A stretch of DNA of 64,000 nt from Candidatus Hydrothermarchaeota archaeon (GTDB taxonomy: Archaea > Hydrothermarchaeota > Hydrothermarchaeia > Hydrothermarchaeales > BMS3B): assembly GCA_015521615.1 (NCBI GenBank), contig WANW01000051.1:7918-71917 (forward strand), in the 5' to 3' direction. The notes below the pieces were generated by a model. The model was not told the DNA's origin. It was given only the letters and a program-made list of their open reading frames with translations, and did no database searches. Numbering within the stretch: the first letter of the stretch is position 1; each line of letters opens with the position of its first letter. This document shows, one piece after another, positions 56,671 through 64,000 of this stretch. Position numbers and translations under genes: made by a program.

Positions 56671-57111
56671 ATGATGCCAGCTATATGGGAGGAGCTTCGC
56701 AGGCTTGAGGATAGAATGAATCAGCTCTTCCGCGAGCTGTGGAGCAGCTTTCCGCGCACAGAGGAGCGTTTCCCCAGCTTTGCAGGGGTGCGCAGCCCCT
56801 TCTGCGACGTGCAGGAGACTGATAAGGAGATAATTATAACAGCAGAGCTTCCAGGGGTTGACAAGGAGGACATAAAGATCAACGCCACTGAGCACGAGGT
56901 GGAGATAGAGGCAGAGGTAAAGAGGGAGGAGGAAGAGAAGAAAGAGGGATACTTCCGAAGTGAGAGGCAGTACTCAAAGTTCTACCGCTGCCTTGCTCTG
57001 CCCGCAGAGGTGGACCCGAGCAAGGCCAAGGCAACCTACAAGAACGGAGTGCTTGAGCTTCGCCTGCCAAAGGTGAAAACAGAGACGAAAACCAGCATAA
57101 AAGTTGAGTAA
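56671..57111 (+). CDS. hsp20: Small heat-shock protein (Hsp20 family), tandem copy
   Basis: The ATG at 56671 follows AGGAGGTGGTGGGA. The track uses a TTG at 56650. The sequence is alpha-crystallin-like. Confidence 0.85.
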   Translation: MMPAIWEELRRLEDRMNQLFRELWSSFPRTEERFPSFAGVRSPFCDVQETDKEIIITAELPGVDKEDIKINATEHEVEIEAEVKREEEEKKEGYFRSERQYSKFYRCLALPAEVDPSKAKATYKNGVLELRLPKVKTETKTSIKVE

Positions 57112-57113
57112 CT

Positions 57114-57890
57114 CTATCTCCTTTTTTCTTTCCACTGTTTGAGCATACTTTCGTGCCGGGGGCAGAGTTCGGGCTGTGAAAACTGTGCTTCTATGAGTTC
57201 TTCCTGCCAGTGAGCATTATAGAGTCTGCACCGCTTATCTTCACAGAAAGCTTCGCCAAAGAGCTGGTAAAAGAGGGCCTGAAGAGCGTAACCTTTAATC
57301 ACATCTCCCATGCGCACGTCCCCATAATCTAAAATTTTCTGCCCGAATTTCTGCTTGAGCTGAGCTTCTGCCAGAGGATCCTCTCCGAGGAGGCGGCGCT
57401 GGAGATAAAACTCCCTCGGCTTTGCCGGTGCTTCCACAATGCCTGAGGTGGAGATTATCGCCGGATAGCCCAGGACAATAGCTCGAAGATGGTAGCGTCT
57501 GTCCCCCTCATCAAAGGTCGCAATCATGCGCGAGGTTATTACCAGGTGGAGCTTCTCAAGGCTGACCTCCTGCCTCGGGAGGAGGCTGCGCATGTAACTC
57601 TGCAGGGCTATCCCATCGTACAGCACGCCCCCGGCCTTTGCTTTGCTGGAGAGCACGCGCTGTTCATACTTAACCTCGCCATACAGGGGCTCTTCCTGCG
57701 CTATTTTCCTGGTAGGGTCGAAGATGCGCATTCCTGCGAGAGATTTCGCCACGTCATCCAGGCTATGAGCAAATCTTGAGAAGAAGCCTCCCCTTACCTC
57801 CACTCTCGCACCCTTCTCCTTCAGGTAGTGGGCCAGCTCCTGGAAGTTGACTGCTTCTCCACCCTGTTCGTCGTAGATAAAAATCTTCAT
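57114..57890 (-). CDS. Conserved hypothetical protein with a C-terminal Cys cluster (CEDKRCRLYNAHW...CPRHE)
   Basis: 258 aa from MKIFIYDEQ. I could not assign a family. The track start at 57986 would overlap thi4. Confidence 0.4.
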   Translation of the reverse strand: MKIFIYDEQGGEAVNFQELAHYLKEKGARVEVRGGFFSRFAHSLDDVAKSLAGMRIFDPTRKIAQEEPLYGEVKYEQRVLSSKAKAGGVLYDGIALQSYMRSLLPRQEVSLEKLHLVITSRMIATFDEGDRRYHLRAIVLGYPAIISTSGIVEAPAKPREFYLQRRLLGEDPLAEAQLKQKFGQKILDYGDVRMGDVIKGYALQALFYQLFGEAFCEDKRCRLYNAHWQEELIEAQFSQPELCPRHESMLKQWKEKRR

Positions 57891-57891
57891 C

Positions 57892-58683
57892 TTACTCTTT
57901 TTCAAGCATCTCCAGCGCAACCTCTGCGGCACGCTTGCCAGAGAGGAGCATAGCCCCGAAGGTCGGGCCCATGCGTGGCAAACCATACACGGTGGAAACC
58001 GCCATACCCGCGACGATTAATCCGGGGTGTGCCTCGCCGGTGTGCTCCACTACTGCGTCTTCACTGCGCTCCACCCACATGGCACCGTAGCCGCGCACCT
58101 TCATAAGCCCCCTTCTCACGAGGGCACTGACCACCTCTGCATCGTGACCCGTGGCGTCTATGACCACCTTAGCCTGAAGCGACACCGGATCAACGCAGGT
58201 TATTTCGCGGGGAAGAGCTGAAATGGGTGTCCAGTTTATGACCACCCCCGAAACGCGATTGCCCTCGCGCAATACCACATCATCAACTTTGGTCATGTTG
58301 AGAATCTTTGCACCTGCATCACAGGCGGCGGCGATAAGCTTTGAGCATGCATGTGGGCCGTCTGTAACATAGAGCCCCTTCACGTACTCCTGGTAGGGCA
58401 CGCCTATCTCATCCAGCACCTTTTCGCCGGGGGCACGCACTGTAACCTTGTTCATCAGATAACCGCCTATCCAGAAACCCCCACCCAGGTAGTTGTTCCT
58501 CTCTATTATGAGCGTTTTTACACCCTTTGAGGCAAGCTCCTTGGCTGCGGTTAAGCCTGCAGGACCACCTCCTACTATTATAACATCACTTTCAGCATAC
58601 TCGCTCAGCATTCTCGAAAACTCACCAACTATCGCCTGAGTAACATCCTTTTCCTCTACCTTCTCGAAGAGCATGGCTATCAA
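57892..58683 (-). CDS. thi4: Thiazole biosynthesis enzyme Thi4 (archaeal type)
   Basis: An FAD-binding [13 protein letters not shown] motif is present and the rest is Thi4-like. Confidence 0.85.
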   Translation of the reverse strand: MIAMLFEKVEEKDVTQAIVGEFSRMLSEYAESDVIIVGGGPAGLTAAKELASKGVKTLIIERNNYLGGGFWIGGYLMNKVTVRAPGEKVLDEIGVPYQEYVKGLYVTDGPHACSKLIAAACDAGAKILNMTKVDDVVLREGNRVSGVVINWTPISALPREITCVDPVSLQAKVVIDATGHDAEVVSALVRRGLMKVRGYGAMWVERSEDAVVEHTGEAHPGLIVAGMAVSTVYGLPRMGPTFGAMLLSGKRAAEVALEMLEKE

Positions 58684-58733
58684 CCTCTGAAGCTTTCCTT
58701 AGCTTAACCTGCACAGCAATATTAAAAGAAGTC

Positions 58734-58751
58734 AGGGGTCTTGCGACCCCT
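58734..58751 (-). terminator. Hairpin AGGGGTC-ttgc-GACCCCT followed by a T-rich tract, 5 nt after the tRNA-iMet 3' end
   Basis: A 7-bp perfect stem is followed on the minus strand by TTCTTTTAAT. Confidence 0.35.
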
Positions 58752-58755
58752 TGTA

Positions 58756-58831
58756 TAGCGGGGGGTCGATTTGAACGACCGCTCTCCGGGTTATGAGCCC
58801 GGCGGGATGGACCTGGCTACCCCACCCCGCT
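58756..58831 (-). tRNA. Initiator tRNA-Met (anticodon CAT)
   Basis: Reverse complement is AGCGGGGTGGGGTAGCCAGGTCCATCCCGCCGGGCTCATAACCCGGAGAGCGGTCGTTCAAATCGACCCCCCGCTA. The A1:U72 pair and three G-C pairs closing the anticodon stem are initiator features. Confidence 0.85.
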
Positions 58832-58911
58832 ATGGTGCCAGTGCTATGATATGGGGTAGAGATTACCATCATTATCCAAATATATAATCTTTTCCCTCGA
58901 ATGTGCCCGCC

Positions 58912-59904
58912 TCAGTGGGATATCATGCTGCGCAGGGGTATGTAGTACGCATACTCCTGGTAGGAAATCCCTGAGTTCCAGTGCCCTGTGAGCTTTGCCA
59001 AGATTACAAAGGCAAAGAATGTGCCTAGCAGCAGGGCAGCGTAGGTGGTCTTCCGCAGGGATAGAAATCCCGCTACCGACATGGAAAGAGCCCCTTTAGG
59101 ACAGGTATCCACGCAGGTGAAGCAGGCATTGCATTCAGGGCTGCGAACCACCTGTTTTTCATGAACCCTTATGCTGCTGTGGCATGCACGCGTGCATAGT
59201 TTGCAGCTGTTGCACTTCTCAACATCCCTCCTGACGCCCGTTAAGCCAATAAAACCCAGCACGCCGAGAAGTGCACCGTAGGGGCACAGATATCTGCACC
59301 AGAAGTTTTTAAACACCAGGGAGAGGGCAATCATCGCCGAAATGAAAGCTACTGTGTTCCTGCCCGGATGTAGCCAGAAATCCAGCAGCTTGGCGTCCAC
59401 CACCTTGTAGTACGGGGACTGGAGAAAAGCTGCCACCGCCTCTGCACTCATGTCCACGATAATAAGCTTAACAAAGAAGAGGAGAATGAGGTACTTTACC
59501 AGCCTGAGTGGTATGTCCACCGCAGGAGGAAGCCTGAAATTTCTTCCCAGTATCCTGGCCCCGGCTTTTCCCAGCGCCTCGGAGAGCGTACCCACAGGGC
59601 AAATCCAGCCACAAAAGCCACGGCGGAAGAATAGGGAAACAGTAAGAATCGCGAGGAAAATCACAAGCGCAGCTGGATGCACAACATCTATGGTGCGGTT
59701 AACCATGAGGTGCTTAAATGCGACGAGCGCTCCCACAGGCATAAAGGCGTCCACGCTTTCAGGTCTGGGGACATAGGGAGTTGCGCCTCCAGTATCAAAA
59801 TGTCTGACGAAGAGGTAGAGGCGGTACCATATGTAGATGGAGAATATGACAAAGAAGGCCTGGACGTAGACTCTCAGCCGTCCTTCATTTAATTTTACTT
59901 GCAT
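58912..59904 (-). CDS. Membrane-bound polyferredoxin-like 4Fe-4S protein (NapH/MauN-like)
   Basis: CGWICPVG, CRYLCPYG, CNSCKLCTRAC and CNACFTCVDTCP motifs are present. The ATG at 59904 (MQVKL) is the likely start. Confidence 0.7.
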   Translation of the reverse strand: MQVKLNEGRLRVYVQAFFVIFSIYIWYRLYLFVRHFDTGGATPYVPRPESVDAFMPVGALVAFKHLMVNRTIDVVHPAALVIFLAILTVSLFFRRGFCGWICPVGTLSEALGKAGARILGRNFRLPPAVDIPLRLVKYLILLFFVKLIIVDMSAEAVAAFLQSPYYKVVDAKLLDFWLHPGRNTVAFISAMIALSLVFKNFWCRYLCPYGALLGVLGFIGLTGVRRDVEKCNSCKLCTRACHSSIRVHEKQVVRSPECNACFTCVDTCPKGALSMSVAGFLSLRKTTYAALLLGTFFAFVILAKLTGHWNSGISYQEYAYYIPLRSMISH

Positions 59905-59995
59905 CGCATATAAGTTATTTTTATTAGTTCTTCTCCCTTTTCTCGAACATGTTCGCACAAAAAAGCTTTACAACGTTCTTTTCACAGCGCTGGGA

Positions 59996-60301
59996 ATGCT
60001 CGAAGTTCTGGTAAACGGAGACACCCATGAATACCTGTACTGGAGCACTGCCGAGGTCATAGCTCGTGCCGTCGTGGTGGAGCGCGAAGAAGAGGCAGAG
60101 ATAAAGCTGATAAACGTTGCCCGTCATCGCAGAGGCGAGGGGATAGGCAGCCTAATATTAGAGAAAATTATCTCAGACTTCGCCCATAAGAACATAACCA
60201 CCTGGACCTTTAACGGAAGAATCTCCTGGTATGAAAGAAATGGATTTGAGGTTGCTGAAGAGCGCGCATCTCTGCTGAAAATGGTCAGAAAAAATCAGTA
60301 G
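59996..60301 (+). CDS. GNAT-family N-acetyltransferase (short)
   Basis: The acetyl-CoA motif is RRGEGIGSLILEKI. Confidence 0.55.
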   Translation: MLEVLVNGDTHEYLYWSTAEVIARAVVVEREEEAEIKLINVARHRRGEGIGSLILEKIISDFAHKNITTWTFNGRISWYERNGFEVAEERASLLKMVRKNQ

Positions 60302-60831
60302 TAGAGAAGCTCCCTGAGTTCCTCAATGGCAACCTCTTTCTTTATCTCCTCGCGAATCTCCCGCTGGAGGTACTCCACGACGCGCTTGGCCTCATTTATC
60401 TTCTCGTGCTCCTTCATAAGCTCATGGTAAAGCTCCCTGAGCCTCTCGACACGCTCCCACCCACGCATACGAGAGGTTTCATCAAGGCGATGCACAACCT
60501 CTGCAAGCTTCGGGAAGGATGTGAGCACCTCCTCGTTAATCTCCGGGAGAAGCGTCTCGATGTAGAAGTGGTGGGGTGATATCTTCACCTCAATAAGGAT
60601 ATCTTCGCTGATGTGGTAGTATTTCCTGGGCCTGCCCTTATCTATCTTCTCCAGTCTGGTCTCCAGTATACCTGCCTGGCGCATAAGCTCAAGATGCTCA
60701 ATAACCGCCTTCTGCCCAATATTCAGCGTCTGAGAGAGCTCACTGACATAGCATGGTCTCTCAGATAGCAGCTGGAGAATCTCTCTCCGGGTTTCATTTC
60801 CCAGCATATTCAGGAGAATCTCCAGATTCAT
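60295..60831 (-). CDS. phr: Phr/HSR1-type archaeal heat-shock transcription regulator (ArsR-like wHTH)
   Basis: The N-terminus is MNLEILLNMLGNETRREILQLLSERPCYVSELSQTL...KGRPRKYY, with a C-terminal coiled coil. The ATG at 60831 is the likely start. The track start is 60903. Confidence 0.75.
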   Translation of the reverse strand: MNLEILLNMLGNETRREILQLLSERPCYVSELSQTLNIGQKAVIEHLELMRQAGILETRLEKIDKGRPRKYYHISEDILIEVKISPHHFYIETLLPEINEEVLTSFPKLAEVVHRLDETSRMRGWERVERLRELYHELMKEHEKINEAKRVVEYLQREIREEIKKEVAIEELRELLYY

Positions 60832-60865
60832 GCCTATTAAAGCGGGCGTTAACAATGTAAAAATT

Positions 60866-60888
60866 TTTATTAACCAAAGGTAAGAAAA
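60866..60888. promoter_or_regulatory. Near-consensus Phr site TTTATTAACCAAAGGTAAGAAAA in the phr/hsp20 divergent intergenic region
   Basis: It fits TTTA.T..C.....G..A. with one mismatch in the final TAAA. Confidence 0.4.
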
Positions 60889-60942
60889 AGTTTCTTTCCG
60901 CAAGATATTTATCTCTAAACTATAAAATGTAGATATAGGGAG

Positions 60943-61380
60943 GTGGTAAGGATGTGGAGAGACCCATTTGAAGAGCTTAGAAACCTAGAGAGGAGAATGA
61001 ATAGACTTTTTGAGGAGCTCCTGGGGGAGTACAGACCGGCGCTACGCGCTCCCGAGGTGCGGCAGCCCTTTGCGGACATCATTGATACGGGAAAGGAGAT
61101 TAAAGTGACAGTTGAGCTTCCAGGAGTAGATAAGGAGAACATTCAGATTAATGCCACAGAAAATATGCTTGAGATTAGAGCTGAGGTAAAGCGCGAAGAA
61201 GAGGAAAAGCGGGGCGACTATCTGCGAAAGGAAAGGAGCTACCGCATGTTTCAGCGAAGCTTCTCACTTCCAGCAGAGGTGGACCCGAGCAGGGCAAAGG
61301 CCACATACAAAAATGGCATCCTTGAAATAACCCTGCCCAAGGTTAAAGAGGAGAAAAAGAGAAGCATAAAGGTGGAGTAA
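60943..61380 (+). CDS. hsp20: Small heat-shock protein (Hsp20 family), third copy
   Basis: 145 aa and alpha-crystallin-like. It is transcribed divergently from phr. Confidence 0.85.
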   Translation: MVRMWRDPFEELRNLERRMNRLFEELLGEYRPALRAPEVRQPFADIIDTGKEIKVTVELPGVDKENIQINATENMLEIRAEVKREEEEKRGDYLRKERSYRMFQRSFSLPAEVDPSRAKATYKNGILEITLPKVKEEKKRSIKVE

Positions 61381-61421
61381 TCTCCACCTTTTAATATTTC
61401 TTACTAAAGGTAAGGAAATTA

Positions 61422-61444
61422 TTTAGTAACAAAAAGTTAGTAAA
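61422..61444. promoter_or_regulatory. Phr-consensus site TTTAGTAACAAAAAGTTAGTAAA upstream of the grx-like/cdc48 genes
   Basis: It fits TTTA.T..C.....G..A.TAAA exactly. An imperfect palindrome TTTCTTACTAAAGGTAAGGAAA lies at 61397-61418. Confidence 0.5.
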
Positions 61445-61457
61445 AAGGAGGTATAGA

Positions 61458-61718
61458 ATGGAGGAAGGCATACTCATCGAACTCTTCACATCACCCACGT
61501 GTCCCTACTGTCCGCGCGCCAAGGAGGTTGCAGAGAGGATAGTCAGAAGGATGCCCGGAGTGCTTCTCATAGAGAGAGACGTTTCCCAGCCAGAGAATGC
61601 AGAGATAGCGCGGAGCTATGGGATTCAGGGCGTACCGGCTATGGTCATCAATGGCAGATATAAGATTCTGGGGGTGCCAAGAGAGGAGCAACTTCTGCAC
61701 TACCTCTCCACCCTTTAA
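61458..61718 (+). CDS. Glutaredoxin/thioredoxin-like small redox protein (CPYC)
   Basis: 86 aa. It carries a CPYC active site and a Grx-like fold pattern. Confidence 0.7.
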   Translation: MEEGILIELFTSPTCPYCPRAKEVAERIVRRMPGVLLIERDVSQPENAEIARSYGIQGVPAMVINGRYKILGVPREEQLLHYLSTL

Positions 61719-61740
61719 AAATTAAAGGAGGTGGTTTTTT

Positions 61741-63939
61741 ATGACAAAGGAGATAGAACTCAAGGTTGCAGAAGCCAGGTCCAACGATGTCGGACGGGGA
61801 ATAGCCAGAATTGACCCCCGTGTTATTGAGGAGTTAGGTCTCACCTCTGGTGATGTCATCCAGATTATAGGTAAAAAGAAGACTGTGGCAATAGTCTGGC
61901 CCGGCTATCCCGAGGATGCTGGCCTGAGGATAATCCGCATTGACGGCTTCACCAGGAAGAATGCCGGTGTGGGGATAGATGATAAGGTAAAAATTCGAAA
62001 GGTTACTGCGCAGCCCGCAAATGTGGTGAAGCTTGCTCCAACTGAGCCTCTGCGCATCGTCGGTGGGGAGGCCTACCTGAGGCAGTACCTGGAGAACCGG
62101 GCAGTCTCGCGGGGAGATATGATAGAGCTCAACATAATGGGCAGGAAAATCGGCCTAGTGGTGACCAGTATACAGCCACCTGCTGATGCGGTCATAATAA
62201 ACTATGCAACACGGGTTGAGATAAGCGAGAAGCCAGCGAAGATTACAGAAACAAAGATTCCACGCGTGACCTACGAGGATATAGGCGGGCTCAAGGAGGA
62301 GATACGAAAAGTTCGCGAGATGATCGAGCTTCCGCTGAAATATCCCGAGATTTTCGAGCGTCTCGGCGTAGAGGCGCCAAAGGGTGTGCTTCTCCATGGG
62401 CCACCTGGTACTGGCAAAACGCTTCTCGCAAAGGCTGTGGCTAATGAGACCAACGCCAACTTCTACAGCATCTCCGGGCCAGAGATTATGAGCAAGTACT
62501 ATGGAGAGAGCGAGGAGAGGCTCAGGGAGATATTCAAGGAAGCTGAGGAAAACGCCCCCAGCATTATATTCATAGACGAGATAGACTCCATAGCGCCCAA
62601 GCGGGAGGAGGTGACGGGCGAGGTGGAGCGGCGCGTCGTTGCGCAGCTGCTCGCGCTGATGGACGGGCTTGAGAGCAGAGGGCAGGTCGTGGTTATAGGT
62701 GCGACGAACCGTCCGAACGCTCTCGACCCGGCGCTGCGCCGACCTGGAAGGTTCGACCGCGAGATAGAGATAGGCATCCCCGACAGAAACGCAAGAAAGG
62801 AGATACTGCTCATCCATACCCGTGGAATGCCACTGCCAGAGGATGAGGAGGAGCGCAGGCGCATAATAGAAGACTTTGCCGACAAAACCCACGGCTTCGT
62901 CGGAGCTGACTTAGAAGCTCTCTGCAAGGAGGCGGCGATGCGCTCCCTGCGCAGAATCCTGCCCGAGATAGACTTCGAGCTGGAGAGCATCCCCGCCGAG
63001 ATTCTGGACAAGATACAGGTGACCTACCAGGACTTCGAGGAGGCGTTCATGGACATCGAGCCGAGCGCAATGCGCGAAGTGCTTGTGGAAGTACCGGACG
63101 TAAAATGGGACGACATAGGCGGACTTGAGGAGGTGAAGCAGGAGCTCCGCGAGGTTGTGGAGTGGCCCCTCAAGTATCCCGAAGTGTTTGCCCACATGCG
63201 AGCTCAGCCGCCTAAGGGCATACTCCTGTACGGACCTCCCGGCACGGGCAAGACGCTGCTCGCCAAGGCGGTGGCAAACGAGAGCGAGGCCAACTTCATA
63301 AGCGTCAAAGGCCCGGAGTTCCTGAGCAAGTGGGTGGGTGAGAGCGAGAAGGCGGTGCGCGAAACCTTCCGCAAGGCACGCCAAGCGGCGCCCTGCATAG
63401 TCTTCATGGACGAGATAGATGCAATAGCACCCACGCGCGGCTCTGGCCTCGACTCCCACGTCACAGAACGCGTTGTGAGCCAGATACTCACAGAGCTCGA
63501 CGGCCTGGAGGAGCTGCGCGGGGTTGTGGTTATTGCTGCGACCAACCGCCCCGACATAATCGACCCCGCTCTGCTCCGCCCTGGCAGGTTCGACCGCCTG
63601 ATATTCATACCTCCGCCAGACAGAAAGGCGAGAGAAGAGATATTCAGGATTCACACCCGCGGCAAGCCCCTCGCTGAGGACGTGGACATAGCAAAGCTGG
63701 CGGAGATGACGGAGAACTACACAGGCGCAGATATAGCTGCGGTGTGCAACGAGGCGGTGATGCTGGCGATACGCGAGTACATAAGCGAGGGCAGGCCTCT
63801 GGACAGAGAGGTCATGAAGAAAGAGCTCAAGCTGAAGATGAAGCATTTCGAACAGGCGATGAAGAAGATAAAGCCCATCTCCAAGGAGGAGCTGGAGCAG
63901 TACCTGCGAATAGCAGAGAAGTTCAAGACGGTGGCATAA
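61741..63939 (+). CDS. cdc48: AAA+ ATPase Cdc48/VCP homolog with two AAA domains
   Basis: 732 aa. An N domain is followed by two Walker A motifs (GPPGTGKT) and SRH regions. Confidence 0.95.
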   Translation: MTKEIELKVAEARSNDVGRGIARIDPRVIEELGLTSGDVIQIIGKKKTVAIVWPGYPEDAGLRIIRIDGFTRKNAGVGIDDKVKIRKVTAQPANVVKLAPTEPLRIVGGEAYLRQYLENRAVSRGDMIELNIMGRKIGLVVTSIQPPADAVIINYATRVEISEKPAKITETKIPRVTYEDIGGLKEEIRKVREMIELPLKYPEIFERLGVEAPKGVLLHGPPGTGKTLLAKAVANETNANFYSISGPEIMSKYYGESEERLREIFKEAEENAPSIIFIDEIDSIAPKREEVTGEVERRVVAQLLALMDGLESRGQVVVIGATNRPNALDPALRRPGRFDREIEIGIPDRNARKEILLIHTRGMPLPEDEEERRRIIEDFADKTHGFVGADLEALCKEAAMRSLRRILPEIDFELESIPAEILDKIQVTYQDFEEAFMDIEPSAMREVLVEVPDVKWDDIGGLEEVKQELREVVEWPLKYPEVFAHMRAQPPKGILLYGPPGTGKTLLAKAVANESEANFISVKGPEFLSKWVGESEKAVRETFRKARQAAPCIVFMDEIDAIAPTRGSGLDSHVTERVVSQILTELDGLEELRGVVVIAATNRPDIIDPALLRPGRFDRLIFIPPPDRKAREEIFRIHTRGKPLAEDVDIAKLAEMTENYTGADIAAVCNEAVMLAIREYISEGRPLDREVMKKELKLKMKHFEQAMKKIKPISKEELEQYLRIAEKFKTVA

Positions 63940-64000
63940 GAAACATGGCCCTCTTTACAACAACAAATTTTAAAGGCACAGGGATGAATATTAATTAGCG

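Noticed and set aside
62155-63846. Minus-strand ORFs of 245 and 311 aa inside cdc48
   Set aside because: They are antisense to the strongly supported cdc48 coding sequence and have no recognisable motifs.
1-64000. CRISPR arrays, rRNA, SRP/RNase P RNA, transposases, integrases
   Set aside because: I looked for them and found none. There are no regularly spaced direct repeats and no long structured non-coding gap. The only non-coding stretches longer than 150 bp are AT-rich promoter regions.

Overview
This window is chromosomal DNA from a euryarchaeon. Gene content and order resemble Thermococci or Archaeoglobi, but I cannot assign a genus: the 165-aa EndA argues against Archaeoglobus fulgidus itself. 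Overall GC is about 55%, with AT-rich islets at about 27.0-27.3 kb and 39.0-41.4 kb.

I call about 85 protein genes, 3 tRNAs, and several promoter or operator palindromes. Main blocks, left to right:
- A partial CobN-family chelatase gene with a sequon-rich secreted N-terminal extension.
- A six-gene O2/ROS-detoxification operon on the minus strand: rubrerythrin, an unannotated 56-aa Zn ribbon, rubrerythrin, superoxide reductase, flavodiiron FprA and a TTG-start rubredoxin. A mini-wHTH gene sits just upstream.
- Housekeeping genes: Lrp, apgM, a GlmU-like gene, EndA, MBF1, two purP paralogs, tatC, a split YeeE/YedE transporter, a DHH phosphoesterase, an NFACT/Rqc2 homolog.
- The conserved ftsZ-secE-spt5-L11-L1-L10-L12 cluster.
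- DtdA, HAD, MFS, MidA-like and class I methyltransferases, an archaeal histone, CBS proteins, and a Mut7-C nuclease with an overlapping Zn-ribbon ORF.
- hisC, argD, and an envelope-associated module (membrane-tethered wHTH, a secreted coiled-coil/beta-rich protein, a lipoprotein).
- A low-GC island with three Roadblock/LC7-like proteins, a USP gene and a MinD/ParA ATPase.
- A rhomboid protease, a KefB-like antiporter with KhtT, DUF45, YkgJ and Memo.
- The conserved S13-S4-S11-RpoD-tRNALeu-L18e-L13-S9-RpoN-tRNAPro-RpoK-eno-S2 cluster.
- thrB, PsiE, HtrA, and a heat-shock locus (three Hsp20 genes, a Phr regulator, a Grx-like protein, Cdc48) carrying Phr-consensus operators.

I saw no CRISPR array, rRNA, transposase or integrase. 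The candidates for novel biology are the Roadblock/MinD island, the unannotated small metalloprotein genes in the ROS operon, the membrane-tethered regulator module, and the RHH islet. All need database and structure checks that I cannot run here.
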